A DNA stretch of 64,000 nucleotides from Candidatus Aenigmatarchaeota archaeon (GTDB lineage Archaea; Aenigmatarchaeota; Aenigmatarchaeia; CG10238-14; SCSR01), in contig JAWCSL010000001.1 of NCBI GenBank assembly GCA_039090665.1, positions 23,308-87,307 of the forward strand, in the 5' to 3' direction. Shown here one piece after another: positions 10,195 to 20,479 of this stretch (position 1 is the first letter of the stretch; each line of letters opens with the position of its first letter). Below the pieces are notes generated by a model, which saw nothing but the letters and a program-made list of their open reading frames with translations, was not told the origin of the DNA and did not search any database. The translations under genes and the position numbers were made by a program.

Positions 10195-11121
10195 ATGAGG
10201 CCTGTGAAAGATTTTTCAATTGATAGAAAAACTTCTCTGAATGAATTATTCAAACAAATGAAAAGCTCAGGAGGCTTTAGTGCCAAAAATCTTTCAATTT
10301 CAGTAGAAATATTGGAAAGAATGATTAAAGATGAGAAATGTTTAAAATTTCTTTCTTTTCCTGCATGTATAATTGCAACAGGCACAAGAGGAATAATAAA
10401 AGATTTTGTTAAGAGAAAATGGTTTGATGTTGTTATAACAACTTGTGGAACTTTAGATCATGATTTGGCAAGAAGCTACAAAGACTATTACCATGGAACT
10501 TTTTTTGTTGACGACTCTGAGCTACACAAAAAAGGAATTCACAGGCTAGGAAATGTTTTCGTACCAAAAGAATCTTACGGCATGATAATTGAAGAGAAGA
10601 TGAGAGAATTCTTGAAAGAAATCTATTCTCAAAAAAAAGAATTCTCAACACATGAGCTTATTTGGGAATTGGGCAAAAGAATAAACAACAAAAATTCAAT
10701 ACTTTTCTGGGCCTGGAAAAACAAAATTCCTGTCATCGTGCCTGGAATAACAGATGGTGCGGTTGGATACCAGCTTTGGCAATTTTGGCAAGATCACAAA
10801 GATTTTAAGATAAATGAATTGTTTGATGAACAGCTTTTAAGCGATATTGTGTGGAAAGCAAAGAAAACAGGAGCTTTGGTTATAGGAGGAGGAATTTCTA
10901 AGCATCATGTAATTTGGTGGAATCAATTCAAAGAAGGTTTGGATTATGCAGTTTACATCACAACAGCAGTTGAGTGGGACGGAAGCTTAAGTGGAGCAAG
11001 AACAAGAGAAGCAATATCTTGGGGGAAAATTAAAGAGAGAGCAAAACATGTTACTGTAGAAGGAGATGCAACTGTTTACTTGCCTTTAATTTATTCAGCT
11101 CTATTAGAAAGAATTAAATGA
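10195..11121 (+). CDS. dys: Deoxyhypusine synthase
   Basis: LVIGGGISKHH and the overall DHS-like sequence (…TCGTLDHDL…) are present. The ATG at 10195 is chosen because the GTG at 10186 is reported as M by the ORF track. Confidence 0.85.
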   Translation: MRPVKDFSIDRKTSLNELFKQMKSSGGFSAKNLSISVEILERMIKDEKCLKFLSFPACIIATGTRGIIKDFVKRKWFDVVITTCGTLDHDLARSYKDYYHGTFFVDDSELHKKGIHRLGNVFVPKESYGMIIEEKMREFLKEIYSQKKEFSTHELIWELGKRINNKNSILFWAWKNKIPVIVPGITDGAVGYQLWQFWQDHKDFKINELFDEQLLSDIVWKAKKTGALVIGGGISKHHVIWWNQFKEGLDYAVYITTAVEWDGSLSGARTREAISWGKIKERAKHVTVEGDATVYLPLIYSALLERIK

Positions 11122-11797
11122 GGCCAAGATTTTTTAGCTTGTTAACAATTTCTTCAACAATTTCATCAACTGCCTTGTTCATCCAAACTTCTATGAAAGG
11201 AATTTTCTCTTTCTTGTAATATTCTATCAGTGGGAAAGTTTGTTGGTTGTAAATTTTGAGCCTCTCTCTCACAATTTCCGGCTTATCATCATCTCTTTGA
11301 ACAAGAGGAGAGCCACACTTATCGCAAACCATATCATTCTTCGGCAAAAGTGGTGGTAATTTGTATTCTATACCACCTATAACTTTTTGAATGTTTGCTA
11401 TGTTGTAATTTCCATCACATTTAGGGTTTGAACAGATTCTCCTAGCACAAATTTTTTCTACAAGAATTTCTTCATGACAATTGATTAAAATTATGGCATC
11501 TATTTTTACCATTTCTTTCAAGGCTTCAGCTTGTTTTATTGTTCTAGGAAAGCCATCTAAAATGAAATTTTCCTTACCTTCAATTTCTTTTTTAACCACT
11601 TCTATCACAATTTCATCCGGAACTATTTCACCTTTTTTCACATAATTTTCAACCATTTTCCCAAGCAAGCTGCCTTCTTTCATGGCAGCCCTGAAAATTT
11701 CTCCTGTAGAAATTCTTTCTATACCATACCTTTCTTTCAGTCTTGAAGAGTAAGTTCCTTTACCAGAGCCCGGTGGTCCAAAAATTATAAGCTTCAT
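11114..11797 (-). CDS. adk: Adenylate kinase, long type with a zinc-binding LID
   Basis: The P-loop is GPPGSGKGT. The LID carries the Zn motif CSNPKCDGNY…CDKCGSPLVQRDDD. Confidence 0.9.
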   Translation of the reverse strand: MKLIIFGPPGSGKGTYSSRLKERYGIERISTGEIFRAAMKEGSLLGKMVENYVKKGEIVPDEIVIEVVKKEIEGKENFILDGFPRTIKQAEALKEMVKIDAIILINCHEEILVEKICARRICSNPKCDGNYNIANIQKVIGGIEYKLPPLLPKNDMVCDKCGSPLVQRDDDKPEIVRERLKIYNQQTFPLIEYYKKEKIPFIEVWMNKAVDEIVEEIVNKLKNLGLI

Positions 11798-12408
11798 TTC
11801 ATCAATCCCACTAACTTAACTATTTCTTCAGCTCCTTTAATTGCTTGTTCAAATGGTTTTTTCTCTTTAAACCTTAAATCAATTATCTTTACAGGACATT
11901 CAAAAACACTGGCAACATCAAGAGCAACAGTTCTGTTCACAGTTTGATGCTCTTCTATTTCTTGCAAAGTTTCTATGTCTCTTTTTCTGTTTTTATCTTT
12001 TATTCTCCTTTTCAAAACATCTTTTGGATCAAATTCTAACAATATTATCATGTCGGGCTTCATGAGCTTCATAGTCTTTTCAGACAAAGCATGAAAATAA
12101 CCATAAGGAGTTTTAATTGTGACATGTGTGTTTATGAACAAAACCTTATCTTTCATCTTACCAATTTTCTTAGCAACTTTTTCTTGAATTTCTCTTTGTT
12201 GCTCCAAGGTCAATTTTTTTCTAAGCTCGTCTCTATCCCTTATTCCATATTTTTTAGAAGCGATTTCAAGATATAAATCACCAGCCGTTACAATTTTTGC
12301 TTTTGGTAACATTTTCTTAACATATTCTAAAACAGTACTTTTTCCACCACCAGGCACTGCAGTTACAAGTATCTTCATTAAAATCTTAAAAATTATTTTT
12401 GTTTTCAT
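11794..12408 (-). CDS. adkA: Archaeal-type adenylate kinase (AdkA family)
   Basis: MKILVTAVPGGGKST…NTHVTIKTPYGYF…EIEEHQTVNRTVA matches Methanococcus AdkA (DTHSTVSTPKGYLPGL, IEQHQFMNR). An alternative start is MKILV at about 12378. Confidence 0.8.
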   Translation of the reverse strand: MKTKIIFKILMKILVTAVPGGGKSTVLEYVKKMLPKAKIVTAGDLYLEIASKKYGIRDRDELRKKLTLEQQREIQEKVAKKIGKMKDKVLFINTHVTIKTPYGYFHALSEKTMKLMKPDMIILLEFDPKDVLKRRIKDKNRKRDIETLQEIEEHQTVNRTVALDVASVFECPVKIIDLRFKEKKPFEQAIKGAEEIVKLVGLMK

Positions 12409-12437
12409 TTAGATATAATATAACAGGCTAGTAACAA

Positions 12438-12544
12438 GCTGGCGTGGATTAGCCTGGCTAAATCGCGGCGCTCATAGCATCTATGAGCTTTGATAAAGGA
12501 TGAAAGAAACGCCGAGATCGCGGGTTCAAATCCCGCCGCCAGCA
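12438..12544 (+). tRNA. tRNA-Met (anticodon CAT; could also be tRNA-Ile2) with a ~32-nt intron at the canonical 37/38 site
   Basis: The cloverleaf was folded by hand. The acceptor stem is GCTGGCG/CGCCAGC, and the D-arm is GATT…AATC. The anticodon stem-loop is CGGCG-CTCATA[intron GCATCTATGAGCTTTGATAAAGGATGAAAGAA]A-CGCCG. The T-arm is GCGGG-TTCAAAT-CCCGC, the discriminator is A, and no CCA is encoded. Confidence 0.75.
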
Positions 12545-12613
12545 TTAGTTTTCTAAGTATCTCCCTAGTTTAGTTTAGGAACATATATAATCTTTCTCAA
12601 CCAACAGAAAATT

Positions 12614-13759
12614 GTGAAAGAACCTAAAACTAGAATAGGAATATGTGAATACCATTTGTGTAAAAAGAAAACAAAAGTTTTCTTGTGTAAGTATTGTGGA
12701 AAGTATTTTTGCAAAAAACACATACAACCGAAACCTGTTTTAAGTTTGAGACAAGTTTCCACTGCTAAAGAACCTTTAAGAAGTAAGTTGGAAAAAATAT
12801 GGAGAAGTGAAAAAGGACACCCTGATTCTAATTTTACACCAATATTCTGGAGAAGGTTTGAAAAAGAAGAGAAACTCAAACTAGAAATAATGTGGGACAC
12901 ATTAAACAAGTTAAAAGAATTGAAAAAATTGGAAAGAGTTGATCTTATGGAAACCAAATCAGTCAAAGAAACTCGTACACAAACAAACAGTGATATTAAA
13001 ATCAAAAATACTTTGACAGTCCTAACTTTAATAATTGTTTTCATTATTTTGGCTTTGTTTGTCATAAATTTACCCACAGGAAACCTTTCTGAAAATCATA
13101 CGTTCATCTCAGAAAATATAATACAAACTACTTCCACCACATTAAAGATCACATTAGAAAAGGAAGAAAGTAAAAAGTACTTTGTAGATTTAAATTTTTC
13201 TACCCCTTTCCCCAGGCTTAATAAAACTTTTTTAATCAATAACTTTTATTCCGTTTATATTAACGATTCTCTTTTGAAAATAATAGATCCAAATTGTACC
13301 GACTTTTGTAACAAGAGCATAGAAGCTGTCAAAAAAGCATTTAAAATATGGGAAGAAGAAATCAAATTAATCGATTTCGAGTTTGTAGGAGTTGAAAAAA
13401 ATCATACAATCTATGTCGAGATAACAGCAGAAATGCCTATTGATGTAGTAGAAAAAGAATTTGTTTCTTATGCTGTAGGTTATACTATACCTTACGGCTA
13501 CGAATGTGGAAACTATGTGTTTGTAAAGGGAGGGAAGATTTACCTTTCACCTAAGAAAGAACAACACTTACTCAAAATTGCCATGCACGAGATAGGTCAT
13601 ATTTTGAATCTGGCTGATGTTGGGAACAAAGATTCTATAATGTGTAAGTGGAGTGAAGAAGAAATAGTCTCTGAAGAAGAGTTGAGAAAAAGTATAAACC
13701 AGGAAATAAAAGAAACTTTGAAAATGATTGTCAAACCAGAGTATGATTGTGGAGTTTAA
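12614..13759 (+). CDS. Membrane-anchored zincin-like metalloprotease with an N-terminal AN1-type zinc finger
   Basis: The N-terminus C-x4-C-x8-C-x2-C-x4-C-x2-H (CEYHLCKKKTKVFLCKYCGKYFCKKH) is AN1-like. One TM helix (LTVLTLIIVFIILALFVI) follows. The extracellular domain carries HEIGH (HExxH). The start is a GTG at 12614. Confidence 0.6.
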   Translation: MKEPKTRIGICEYHLCKKKTKVFLCKYCGKYFCKKHIQPKPVLSLRQVSTAKEPLRSKLEKIWRSEKGHPDSNFTPIFWRRFEKEEKLKLEIMWDTLNKLKELKKLERVDLMETKSVKETRTQTNSDIKIKNTLTVLTLIIVFIILALFVINLPTGNLSENHTFISENIIQTTSTTLKITLEKEESKKYFVDLNFSTPFPRLNKTFLINNFYSVYINDSLLKIIDPNCTDFCNKSIEAVKKAFKIWEEEIKLIDFEFVGVEKNHTIYVEITAEMPIDVVEKEFVSYAVGYTIPYGYECGNYVFVKGGKIYLSPKKEQHLLKIAMHEIGHILNLADVGNKDSIMCKWSEEEIVSEEELRKSINQEIKETLKMIVKPEYDCGV

Positions 13760-13820
13760 GGAGTGGATCTTAAAAAACAGTTGATTTTTAAAACTTTCAA
13801 AATAAAAATAAATTAAACCG

Positions 13821-14048
13821 GTGTTGAGTATGGTAGAGTTAACACCAGAAGAAACAAAAGTAGTTGAGGCGATGAAATCTTTGAAAGCGATAGCAGAAGA
13901 CAAGATAAAAGATGCAGATCAAATAGCAAAAGCCGCGATGATGCCAAAAGGTAAAGTTGCGAACATTCTTTTGAGTTTGGTCAACAAGAAGGTCGTCAAA
14001 AGAGTTGCAAGAGAAAAGGCAGCAGGCTACTATTTACTTCAATCTTGA
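13821..14048 (+). CDS. Small (75 aa) winged-helix-like protein, possible transcriptional regulator
   Basis: A short basic helical protein (…KGKVANILLSLVNKKVVKRV…). The assignment is weak. Confidence 0.35.
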   Translation: MLSMVELTPEETKVVEAMKSLKAIAEDKIKDADQIAKAAMMPKGKVANILLSLVNKKVVKRVAREKAAGYYLLQS

Positions 14049-14093
14049 CAAAACTTGATTTTTCAATTGAATTTTGTTTAGTGGTATTTCTAG

Positions 14094-14166
14094 GGCCAAG
14101 GTCGGGATTCGAACCCGAACAAAGGGCTCCACAGGCCCTTGTGCTAACCGTTACACCACCTTGGCC
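14094..14166 (-). tRNA. tRNA-His (GTG) with genomically encoded G-1
   Basis: The reverse complement folds as G-1 + GCCAAGG…CCTTGGC-C, with the extra 5' G pairing the discriminator C73. The anticodon loop is CTGTGGA (anticodon GTG). The T-arm is TCGGG-TTCGAAT-CCCGA. Confidence 0.85.
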
Positions 14167-14167
14167 A

Positions 14168-15307
14168 TTAATAAAATTCTATCTCAACTTCTTTTAATGC
14201 TTTTTCTATCATTTCCTTAATATTTAACTTTTCTTCAAATTTTTTCACAAGCTTAAAATTTCCGGCAGCGCTGGCATGTTTTGGTGTGAATAAGGTGCAA
14301 CAATCTTCTTGCGGTTTAATTGAAATATCATAAGTTCCAATTTTTTTCGCCAAATTAATTATTTCTTCTTTATCCATTCCAATCAAAGGTCTCAAAATTG
14401 GCAAGCTCGTAACCTCTTCTATTATTTTCAAATTTTTCAAAGTTTGTGAACTAACTTGAGCTAGACTCTCACCAGTTACTATTCCTTCACAATTTTCTTT
14501 TTCTGCAATCCTTTCTGCAATTCTTAACATCATCCTTCGATAAAGTAAAATTCTGTAGTTTGGTTCAGTGCAAGCCTTAATTTTCATTTGGATTTCATGA
14601 AAAGGAATGAAATAAACTTTAAGTCTAGGTTGATAATTCAAGAAAATTTTTGCCAGCTCTTTAACTTTTTGGATGCTTGAATTTGAAACTAGTGGAAAGC
14701 TGTGGAAATGTAGCCAAATGTTTTCAGAACCACGCTTTGCAATCAAATAGCTTGCTACAGGCGAATCAATTCCACCAGAAATTAAAGCTAGAGCTTTCCC
14801 GCCTGTACCAACAGGCAAACCCCCCTTACCTTTTTTCTTTTTAAAGTAAATAAACCATCCTGTTTTCCTTGCTTCTAAGAACAATTCAACATCCGGCTTT
14901 TCCAAATCAACTTTTCTTTCAATCTTGCTTGCAACTTTTCTGATTATTTCTTCACTACTTTCTTTCAAATTCCCTTTCTTTAGCCTTATTGCAAAAGTTT
15001 GTTTTTTCTCTATCCATTTTTCATAATTTTCTTTAACAAATTCCAAAACCTCTTGTAAATTGCCTTCTAAAAAAATTGCCTTAGCAAACCAAGAAATCCC
15101 AAAAACATTTTTAATGATTTTCTCCGCTTTTTTTGTTTCGCTTGTTTCAACAAAAATTCTCTCTCTTGAAGGAAAAATCTTAAACTTCAATTTTGCTACT
15201 TTAAGTGAAAGGGAAATGTTTTGAATAAGCTTTTGCAGAAAAATGCTCCTAACTCTTTCAGATTTCAAGAAAAGCTCACCAAATGCTATTAGAATTCCTT
15301 CTTTCAT
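14168..15307 (-). CDS. thiI: tRNA 4-thiouridine synthase / sulfurtransferase ThiI (THUMP + PP-loop)
   Basis: The PP-loop SGGIDSPVA and the N-terminal THUMP-like region are present, with overall ThiI-like length. Confidence 0.85.
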   Translation of the reverse strand: MKEGILIAFGELFLKSERVRSIFLQKLIQNISLSLKVAKLKFKIFPSRERIFVETSETKKAEKIIKNVFGISWFAKAIFLEGNLQEVLEFVKENYEKWIEKKQTFAIRLKKGNLKESSEEIIRKVASKIERKVDLEKPDVELFLEARKTGWFIYFKKKKGKGGLPVGTGGKALALISGGIDSPVASYLIAKRGSENIWLHFHSFPLVSNSSIQKVKELAKIFLNYQPRLKVYFIPFHEIQMKIKACTEPNYRILLYRRMMLRIAERIAEKENCEGIVTGESLAQVSSQTLKNLKIIEEVTSLPILRPLIGMDKEEIINLAKKIGTYDISIKPQEDCCTLFTPKHASAAGNFKLVKKFEEKLNIKEMIEKALKEVEIEFY

Positions 15308-15387
15308 TTTCCCAATTTAGATTAGTTTTTCTTAAATTTTAAGGTAAAGAAACCAGAAAATGAAAATTTCATTTACAAAACAAAAAC

Positions 15388-15398
15388 ACTTAAATATA
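15388..15398 (+). promoter_or_regulatory. Candidate TATA box/BRE for the 16S rRNA transcript
   Basis: TTAAATATA lies about 165 nt upstream of the mature 16S 5' end, inside an AT-rich tract and before a GC-rich leader that can pair with the 3' trailer. It is positional only. Confidence 0.25.
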
Positions 15399-15562
15399 CT
15401 GAGTTATATTATTTATTTGCTCATGGGTCTTGGCGTTGGGCTTTTGATCAAGTCAAACAAGACATGAGATGAAATAGCCTATTCTGACTCATGAGATATT
15501 GGCCTGAAGTGAAAGAGCTTCAGGTAGGTTGATTGGTGAAACCTAGAGGTAGGGCCCGCCAA

Positions 15563-17298
15563 TTCTGGTTGATCCCGCCAGAGGCCACTGCTATCCGGCT
15601 TCGACTAAGCCATGCGAGTCGAGAGGGGAAAGCCCTCGGCGCACTGCTCCGTAATACACAGTCAACCTACCCTTAGCTGGGGGATAATCCCGGGAAACTG
15701 GGGCTAATACCCCATAGGTGCTAGGTACTGGAAGGTCCTAGCGCCGAAAGCTCCGGCGGCTAAGGATGGGACTGTGGCCTATCAGCTTGTTGTGGAGGTA
15801 AAGGCTCCACAAGGCGATAACGGGTACGGGCTATGGAAGTAGGAGCCCGGAGATGGACTCTGAGACATGAGTCCAGGTACTACGGTACGCAGCAGGCGCG
15901 AAAACTTCTCAATGCTCGCAAGAGCGAAGAGGGAAGCCGGAGTGCCCTTGCTCTGCAAGGGCTTTTGCGGTCTGAAAACGGGACCGCGAATAAGGGGTGG
16001 GTAAGACGGGTGCCAGCCGCCGCGGTAATACCCGCGCCCCGAGTGGTGGCCACGATTATTGGGCCTAAAGCGTCCGTAGCCGGTCTGGTAAGTCCTCAGT
16101 GAAATCCTCTAGCAAACTAGAGGGCTTGCTGGGGATACTGCCAGACTTGAGACTGGGAGGGGGCAGGGGTACTCCCAGGGTAGGGGTGAAATCCTGTAAT
16201 CCTGGGGGGACCACCTGTGGCGAAGGCGCCTGCCTGGAACAGGTCTGACGGTGAGGGACGAAAGCTAGGGGAGCGATCGGGATTAGATACCCCGGTACAC
16301 GAGGTTGGGTATCTTCTGATTTAAAGATGAAGAAAAATCCCAACTCAAGCTAGGATTTCCTAACTCGTGCGGGAAAGTCCTAGCCGTAAACGATGCCCGC
16401 TTGGTGTTGCAAGCTTCTCGGGAGCTTGCAGTGCCGAAGCGTAGGTGTTAAGCGGGCCGCCTGGGGAGTACGCCCGCAAGGGTGAAACTTAAGGGAATTG
16501 GCGGGGGAGCACACAAGGGGTGGGCGTTGCGGTTCAATTGGATTCAACGCCGGAAATCTTACCAGGGCCGACGGCAGGATGAAGGTCAGTCTGAAGGGCT
16601 TACCAGACGAGCCGAGAGGTGGTGCATGGCCATCGTCAGCTCGTACCGTGAGGCGTGCGCTTAAGTGCGTTAACGAGCGAGACCCACACCCCATGTTGCT
16701 AACTGCTTCTCCGGAAGCAGTGCACTCATGGGGGACCGCTGGCGATAAGCCAGAGGAAGGAGTGGGCGACGGTAGACAGGTAAAAGGCTCAAGACCGATT
16801 CATGTGAAAAAAAGATGAGCATGAATATCGCCCAGAGCCGTACATGTCTTTTACCTGACCGAAGTCCGTATGCCCCGAATGCCCTGGGCCACACGCGACG
16901 CACAATGCGCGCCACAATGGGATGCGACCCCGAAAGGGGAAGCAAAGCCCCTAAAAGCGCGCTCAGTTCGGATCGAGGGCTGTAACTCGTCCTCGTGAAG
17001 CTGGAATCCCTAGTAAGCGAACGTCATCATCGTTCGCTGAATACGTCCCTGCTCCTTGCACACACTGCCCGTCAAGCCAATCGAGCGGAACTCCATCGAG
17101 GCTTGCGATGAGCAAGTCGAGTTGGAGTTCTGTGAGAGGGGCTAATCTTGGGGGTCCAGAAAAAAATAATATGAAAGAATTGGCTTGACTCTGATGTGAT
17201 GATGAGATGGAGGTGAGTTGATTGCTTGTATGGACCTCCCAAGAGCCTAAAGTCGCCACAAGGTAGCCGTACGGGAACGTGCGGCTGGATCACCTCCT
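15563..17298 (+). rRNA. rrs: 16S rRNA (~1736 nt, unusually long; three ~70-90-nt insertions)
   Basis: The 5' end is ATTCTGGTTGATCCCGCCAGAGG and the 3' end is GCGGCTGGATCACCTCCT. The GC-rich block stands out in an AT-rich genome. Insertions relative to the archaeal consensus lie at about 16298-16376, 16776-16863 and 17159-17230. Confidence 0.9.
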
Positions 17299-17525
17299 TA
17301 CGTGCAACCCTACCTCAGGCACCATAAACAACCCTACCTGAAAGAATTTTCCTTTTTATCAGTACCAAAGTAAAAAAAATTAAGCTCGAATCTTTACCAT
17401 TATCCTCAAATTTTTCAATTCTTTTCTTAAACTGTTTTCAAAAAGCTTGTGTTAACTAAAAACTAAAATAAATGAGAGAAAAATAGCTACCGAGCTTATA
17501 AAATAATAAAAATTGGGAAACCATT

Positions 17526-19544
17526 TCAAGCAAGAATAGCATATCTAGCGATCAAAGAAGCAAAGACAGAAGCTGTTAAAGACATGACTGTTATCATTGT
17601 GTTCAAACTTGGTCCTGCTGTGTCCTTGAAAGGATCACCAACAGTATCACCAACAACAGCAGCCTTATGAGCTTCTGAACCTTTTCCACCAAAAGCCCCT
17701 TCTTCTATCAGCTTCTTAGCATTGTCCCAAGCTCCACCAGAATTTGCCATGAAAAGAGCAAAAATTATTCCTGTGATTATACTTCCTGCTAAAAAGCCCG
17801 CTAAAGCCTCTTTTCCCAAAATGAAGCCAACAAGCAAAGGTGCAGCTATAGCAAGCAAACAAGGAAGCATAAGCTCTCTTAAAGCACCTTTAGTTGCTAT
17901 GTCCACGCATTTGGCATAATCAGGTTTAGCTTTTCCTTTCATCAATCCAGGAATTTCTTTAAATTGCCTTCTCACTTCTTCTATCATACGAAAAGCATTT
18001 CTCCCTACTGCCAAAATCAATAAAGCCGAAATCACAGGAGGCATCATGCTACCAATAAAAGTCCCAACTATAACCTTAGGCTCCATCAAGTTTATTGAAA
18101 ACAAACCAGTAGTCAAATCTTTCCTTATTTCAACAACTTCAGCGTAAGCCCCAAGCAAAGCCAAAACTGTTAAAGCTGCAGCACCAATCGCGAAACCTTT
18201 TGTTATTGCTTTTGTTGTATTTCCCAAAGCATCAAGTCTGTCTGTAATTTCCAAGACTTTGCCTTTCAAACCAGCTTGTTCCGCTATTCCTTTTGCATTA
18301 TCGACAATTGGACCATAAGCATCAGAAGAAATTATCATTCCAACTATTGCTAACATACCCACTGCTGCTATAGCCACACCATAAAGATTACTTACACCGA
18401 AAGCCCCTGCAAGATGCCAAGCTGCAAGCATTGCTACACAAATTCCGATGATTGAAGGTACAATGCTCAAGATTCCATAAGAAAAGCCTGAGAGGATGTT
18501 GATAGCAGCTCCTGTTTTTGCAGCTTCTGCTGTTTTTTTCACAGGAGCTTTATCGATTGATGTATAGTAGTTTGTTGTTATTCCTATAATCATGCCAGAT
18601 ATAAGTCCAGCTAAAGTTGGTAAGAGAACACCAAAAGTTTGGTTTCCAAGTTCAAGAGCTTGAATCACAAAAAATGTTAAAATTGCAAAAATAAAACAAG
18701 TGGAAAAGGTTCCAACATTCAACGCAAGATTAGGGTTCTTTTTCTTGGCCAAATTGACGAAAATTAAACCAAGAAGAGAGGAAAAAATCCCAGCAGCTGC
18801 TATCAACAAAGGCAAGAAGATAAAGCTTGGAGCAATTGCTTTCCCAATTATCATGGCAGCTATGATGCTTGCTATGTAAGAATCTATCAAGTCAGCACCC
18901 ATTCCTGCAACATCACCCACATTATCACCCACATTATCAGCAATAACAGCAGGATTTCTTGGGTCATCTTCAGGAATTTCCATTTCCACTTTTCCCACCA
19001 AATCAGCTCCAATATCTGCTGTTTTAGTGTAAATGCCACCACCAGCTTTTGCAAACAAAGCCAAAGCACTTGCACCAAAGCTGAAACCCAAAACAATCTC
19101 AGGATCTTGGTAAATTTGGTATAAAATGCTTATGCCAAGCAAAGCTATGCCAACTATCATTAAACCCATGATGGCCCCACCATAAAAACCAACAGAAAAA
19201 GCTTTTGCTAATCCTTTTCTTGCTGCATTTGTAACCCTAACATTTGTTTTAACTGCTGCCAGCATTCCAAAGTAGCTTGCTATAGCAGTGGAAAAAGAGC
19301 CAAGCAAGTAGGCTAGAGCTATGTCTGGGCTTAAGAAGAGAAAAATAAGAGTTGTCATGATGACAACGAAAATTGCCAAATAAAGATTTTGCCTCTTCAA
19401 GTAAGCTTTTGCTCCCACTTTTATCGCTTCAGAAATTTCTTCCATTTTTTTGGTTCCCGGGCTTTGTTTGCTCACATGGAAATACAAGTAACAAGCTGTG
19501 AAGATCGAAGCTAAGCCTGCGATTGTTGGGATTGAAGCAAACAT
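17526..19544 (-). CDS. hppA: Membrane-bound H+/Na+-translocating pyrophosphatase
   Basis: [36 protein letters not shown] and GGAWDNAKK are H+-PPase signatures, with about 15 TM helices. It lies on the opposite strand between 16S and 23S. Confidence 0.9.
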   Translation of the reverse strand: MFASIPTIAGLASIFTACYLYFHVSKQSPGTKKMEEISEAIKVGAKAYLKRQNLYLAIFVVIMTTLIFLFLSPDIALAYLLGSFSTAIASYFGMLAAVKTNVRVTNAARKGLAKAFSVGFYGGAIMGLMIVGIALLGISILYQIYQDPEIVLGFSFGASALALFAKAGGGIYTKTADIGADLVGKVEMEIPEDDPRNPAVIADNVGDNVGDVAGMGADLIDSYIASIIAAMIIGKAIAPSFIFLPLLIAAAGIFSSLLGLIFVNLAKKKNPNLALNVGTFSTCFIFAILTFFVIQALELGNQTFGVLLPTLAGLISGMIIGITTNYYTSIDKAPVKKTAEAAKTGAAINILSGFSYGILSIVPSIIGICVAMLAAWHLAGAFGVSNLYGVAIAAVGMLAIVGMIISSDAYGPIVDNAKGIAEQAGLKGKVLEITDRLDALGNTTKAITKGFAIGAAALTVLALLGAYAEVVEIRKDLTTGLFSINLMEPKVIVGTFIGSMMPPVISALLILAVGRNAFRMIEEVRRQFKEIPGLMKGKAKPDYAKCVDIATKGALRELMLPCLLAIAAPLLVGFILGKEALAGFLAGSIITGIIFALFMANSGGAWDNAKKLIEEGAFGGKGSEAHKAAVVGDTVGDPFKDTAGPSLNTMITVMSLTASVFASLIARYAILA

Positions 19545-19601
19545 GAAATCACGATATATAAAAATTTTGTTCGATGATAACTTAAATTTTAAACCATAAG
19601 A

Positions 19602-19886
19602 TTAAGTTAAGTAGTGCCTACATATTTCTAAAACTTTCCTACATTTTTCACACAAAAAATTCTCTATCCTTAAGTTAGAAGGATTGATTGACCAAAGATA
19701 TTCGACCAACTCTTCGACCTTACTATAAGGATACATTAAACACTTGTATTTGTAATCTGGCTCATAATGATGAGTCAATCCGAATTTATTTTCAGCTATT
19801 TCATGTAAAAACCCGCAACTCAAAAATCTCTTCTTGATTTCTAAATATTGATTTGAAATAAAGAAAGTAGATAAATAAATTGACAA
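19602..19886 (-). CDS. Hypothetical small Cys/His-rich protein (94 aa)
   Basis: An ORF with CxxC (CEKCRK) and HEIAEN…HH. No family is recognised. Confidence 0.3.
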   Translation of the reverse strand: MSIYLSTFFISNQYLEIKKRFLSCGFLHEIAENKFGLTHHYEPDYKYKCLMYPYSKVEELVEYLWSINPSNLRIENFLCEKCRKVLEICRHYLT

Positions 19887-20040
19887 ATAACTTTCTTTAT
19901 CGATTTCTAATATGTTAGAAGCTGCCCAGCTCTTAAGGCCTCTCTCAAGAAAGTGATACGGAACTTCAGATCCTTCTGTGTAAAAGAATGGGCCGTAAAG
20001 TAATAATTTTCATTCCACACTATTAAGTTATTCTTTTTAT

Positions 20041-20286
20041 TTATGAAAGGTAAAACCAAGTCGAAAATCTCATTAAATTACAGGAGTGTTGATCTTCATA
20101 AGTTTCTTTTGCCAATTTCAGTATTTTTTCTTTTGAATCTAATCCATATTTTCTAAGGATTTTCCAATTTTCTTCAGTTAGATTTCCAATTGAACTTTCT
20201 GTAAGCTGAAGAAAAATTTTCTTTCCTTCTTCAGTTTCTTTGCAATTATCGGAAATTCTAATTTCCAATTGGAAAATTATTTTCAA
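20041..20286 (-). CDS. Hypothetical 81-aa protein
   Basis: An ORF only. Confidence 0.25.
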   Translation of the reverse strand: MKIIFQLEIRISDNCKETEEGKKIFLQLTESSIGNLTEENWKILRKYGLDSKEKILKLAKETYEDQHSCNLMRFSTWFYLS

Positions 20287-20479
20287 GAAGAGTTTTCTTC
20301 AAAATATCTTCTAGTTCTCCATTTCTTTTTTCCACTAATATATCAAACCTTCTCATATTTTATCTGTAATATTTCTTCTGTCAAATCATTTTTTTCAAAA
20401 AATCTATTTAGAGTAAGAAATTTTAAAAAATATAAAGAATTTAGTTTAAGTTCACAATTATTTAATACCAGCTCAAAAC

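Noticed and set aside
15833-17293. ORFs of 60-106 aa inside the 16S rRNA (15833..16102, 16065..16343, 16380..16694, 16498..16818, 16670..16945, 16963..17259, etc.)
   Set aside because: They lie entirely within a confidently identified GC-rich rRNA gene. They arise because stop codons are rare in GC-rich sequence.
17722-19096. Antisense ORFs within hppA, and similar antisense ORFs inside argS, glmS, the AN1-protease (12565..13077), Cas1, Cas3 and the cluster genes (40415..41852, 42249..42895)
   Set aside because: Each is shorter than, and fully overlapped by, a well-supported gene on the other strand. AT-rich antisense frames often stay open by chance.
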